Positions 61,971-64,000 of a stretch of 64,000 nucleotides of DNA are shown here, one piece after another (position 1 is the stretch's first letter; every line of letters begins with the position of its first letter). The stretch covers positions 68,450,001 through 68,514,000 of the forward strand of contig NW_024704743.1 in NCBI RefSeq assembly GCF_018977255.1, given 5' to 3'. Made by a program: the position numbers and the translations under genes. The stretch comes from Callorhinchus milii. Lineage: Eukaryota. Under the pieces are notes generated by a model. It searched no databases. It saw only the letters and a program-made list of their open reading frames with translations, and had not been told where the DNA came from.

Positions 61971-63684
61971 AAATTATTCTGTGCATTAAAAAATTTCTTC
62001 TAACCTCCGCAATTCTTCTATACGATTAAAAACAACAGCAGCAGTCAGCGATAGTTTACAGTGATGTGCGAGACACAATGTGATTTGAGAGACGGAAGTA
62101 TAAGTGCTGTATCTGGCTCCAAATCACTTTACTGCTGGAAGTAATGATGAAGTTGCTTACAGCAGCATAAATCTTCCAAGCGTCATACCAATTTCTACAA
62201 ACACCTATGTTCTGCGCATTCATTATGTTAGTATTTTTTGTTTCAGGTGTCTGCACTGTGTATAAAAACTACCCTCAACCTCCAGGATCAATGCTGACTG
62301 GACAGTGAAATACTGGCTAGACCATGACCACAGTAGAAAAATGGGTGTTGTTTTAAACTGGGATTCTGGCCACATGTGAGTCATGCAGTTAATTATAGAT
62401 TGTCGCAAAAAATCACTATTGTTATCTTCAAATTGCTGTTCATAATAAGACTGTCAAATAGACAGATGATGATGTGTAGCAATAGCATATTGCCTGAACT
62501 ACACTACACATAACCATTACTTTGCCTTCTTTTTGCATCTAGTCCTGCTTTAAACCTGTGTTTTCTAATTCTGCTCTCATAATCTGAGTCAAATATCTTG
62601 CTTACATTAACATCATCTATGCCTCTCCTCATCTCAAAGCCTTGGATAATGTCCCCCTCAATCTTTTTGTTTCTAATGAGAACACGTTGAATTCTGCAAA
62701 ACTCTTCTCAAAACTCAGAACTTGAAATCTCCAAATAATAAAAATAGCAATTCTTGTGTTTGTTACAGTGCCTTATCACATTGTTGAGACAACTTACGGA
62801 ATCCACTGTAAAGTGTAGTGACTATGTATTTTGTAGGCGAATGCAGCAGTCAGTTTGCACACAGCAATGTGCCACAATACAGCCTTCACAGGTTATTGTA
62901 ACGTGTGGTATCTGTGTATTTGTGCACAGGCCCTGCTCCAAGAGTGATACTTTTGTCAGACTGGTATCAAATGAGGCATTGATCACTGTTAATGTGTAGT
63001 AATAATAATCCTTTCATATGATATAGCACCTTCACATGTAATCAGAATGTTGAAAAGCACTTCACAGAATTTTACTGTGAAGTATAGTGACTGTGTATTT
63101 TGTAGGTGAACATAACAGCCAATTTACAAACAGCAGTGTCCCACAAATAGCTGTAAAGTGAATGACTAATTTTATCTGGAGGAATGTTGACCATGAGAAG
63201 AGGAGAAACTCACTCCAGTAAAATCTATTTGCTTCACTTAATGATAATAATAATCTTGTATTTTATATAATGTCTTATCACATTGTCGAGATGTCTTAAA
63301 GCGCTTCATAGGAGACTACTGTAAGGTGAGTTGACTGTGTACGTTTGTGAGTGAAACACGGCAGCCAACAATGCAATGCTACCCCAGCACTGCATTGGAG
63401 TGTCAGTTTAGACTACTTGATTCCAAGTGATACCACTTTTGCCAATCTGGTTAAAAGGCTGCAAATCTTAAACTGCCCAGCTCCTTAGGACATCCTCCTG
63501 CCGTGAAAGGCCCTATATGTAAATGTATATGGTATTGTAAATAATCTTCTTGCATGTCATTCCATGTGTATATATTATACATCTGCCTGGATGGTATGGT
63601 AGCTCAGCAATATATAAGATGTGTATAATATAAGGAATGCCTTCCTGTAAGTCATTTATGAATAGCATGAACAATAGGGGATTT

Positions 63685-64000
63685 ATAATAATAATAATCC
63701 TTGCATTTGATATAGCGCTTTTCACGTCTTCTAGATGTCCCAAAACGTTTCACAGAATATACTGTAAAGTGAATTGACTGTATATTTGTGGGCGAACGCG
63801 GCAGCCAATTGCCCACAGCAATGTCCCACAAACAGTCATGGATGGAAAATGACCAATTTATTATTGTTTTTTGTTTTGGAGGGATTATTATTAGGTGTGT
63901 GGAGTAAGGAAACTTGCCCAAGGTTTCGCCCTGTGCCTGGAATTGAACTCAGGTCTCTCACTTGCAAAGCGAGTGCTCTAACCACTGAGCTACAGGACTC
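63685..64000 (-). mobile_element. Essentially full-length young SINE, short subfamily, next to an old RT relic
   Basis: Reverse complement of 21715-22034; adjacent 63635-63682 reads PLLFMLFINDLQEGI on the minus strand. Confidence 0.95.

Noticed and set aside
62286..62375. Resemblance of NADWTVKYWLDH to a GH18 chitinase segment
   Set aside because: Only a few residues match by eye and no other chitinase exons (e.g. DxxDxDxE) were seen nearby
1..64000. Window bounded by inverted copies of the same SINE, suggesting a giant composite element
   Set aside because: This SINE occurs every few kb in both orientations, so the coincidence with the window edges is expected

Overview
Eukaryotic, AT-rich, repeat-dense vertebrate DNA, read as intronic or intergenic. 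The repeat content points to a cartilaginous fish, possibly a chimaera/elephant shark (inference). It comprises: (1) a young tRNA-Ala-like SINE with a CORE/Meta-like segment, a Deu-type 3' body and an L2-like tail, about 10 full-length and many truncated copies in long and short subfamilies; (2) an older SacSINE1/AmnSINE1-like DeuSINE; (3) AmnSINE2-like relics; (4) many decayed L2-clade LINE fragments from at least two families, the longest about 2 kb, plus CR1 fragments; (5) three hAT-type MITEs, all nested in DeuSINEs; (6) an old ~0.9 kb repeat family with a CR1-type tail that I cannot name. Nearly every recognisable ORF is a broken L2/CR1 reverse-transcriptase piece or SINE read-through. 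No host gene could be identified; a few exon-like segments are listed at low confidence. There is no CRISPR, rRNA or true tRNA gene, and no evidence for a new protein-coding system. The most interesting signals concern retroposon biology: SINE/LINE tail sharing and swapping, insertion hot spots inside DeuSINEs, microhomology-type target duplications and inverted L2 junctions. Family names come from recalled consensus motifs, not database searches, and most repeat boundaries are approximate.
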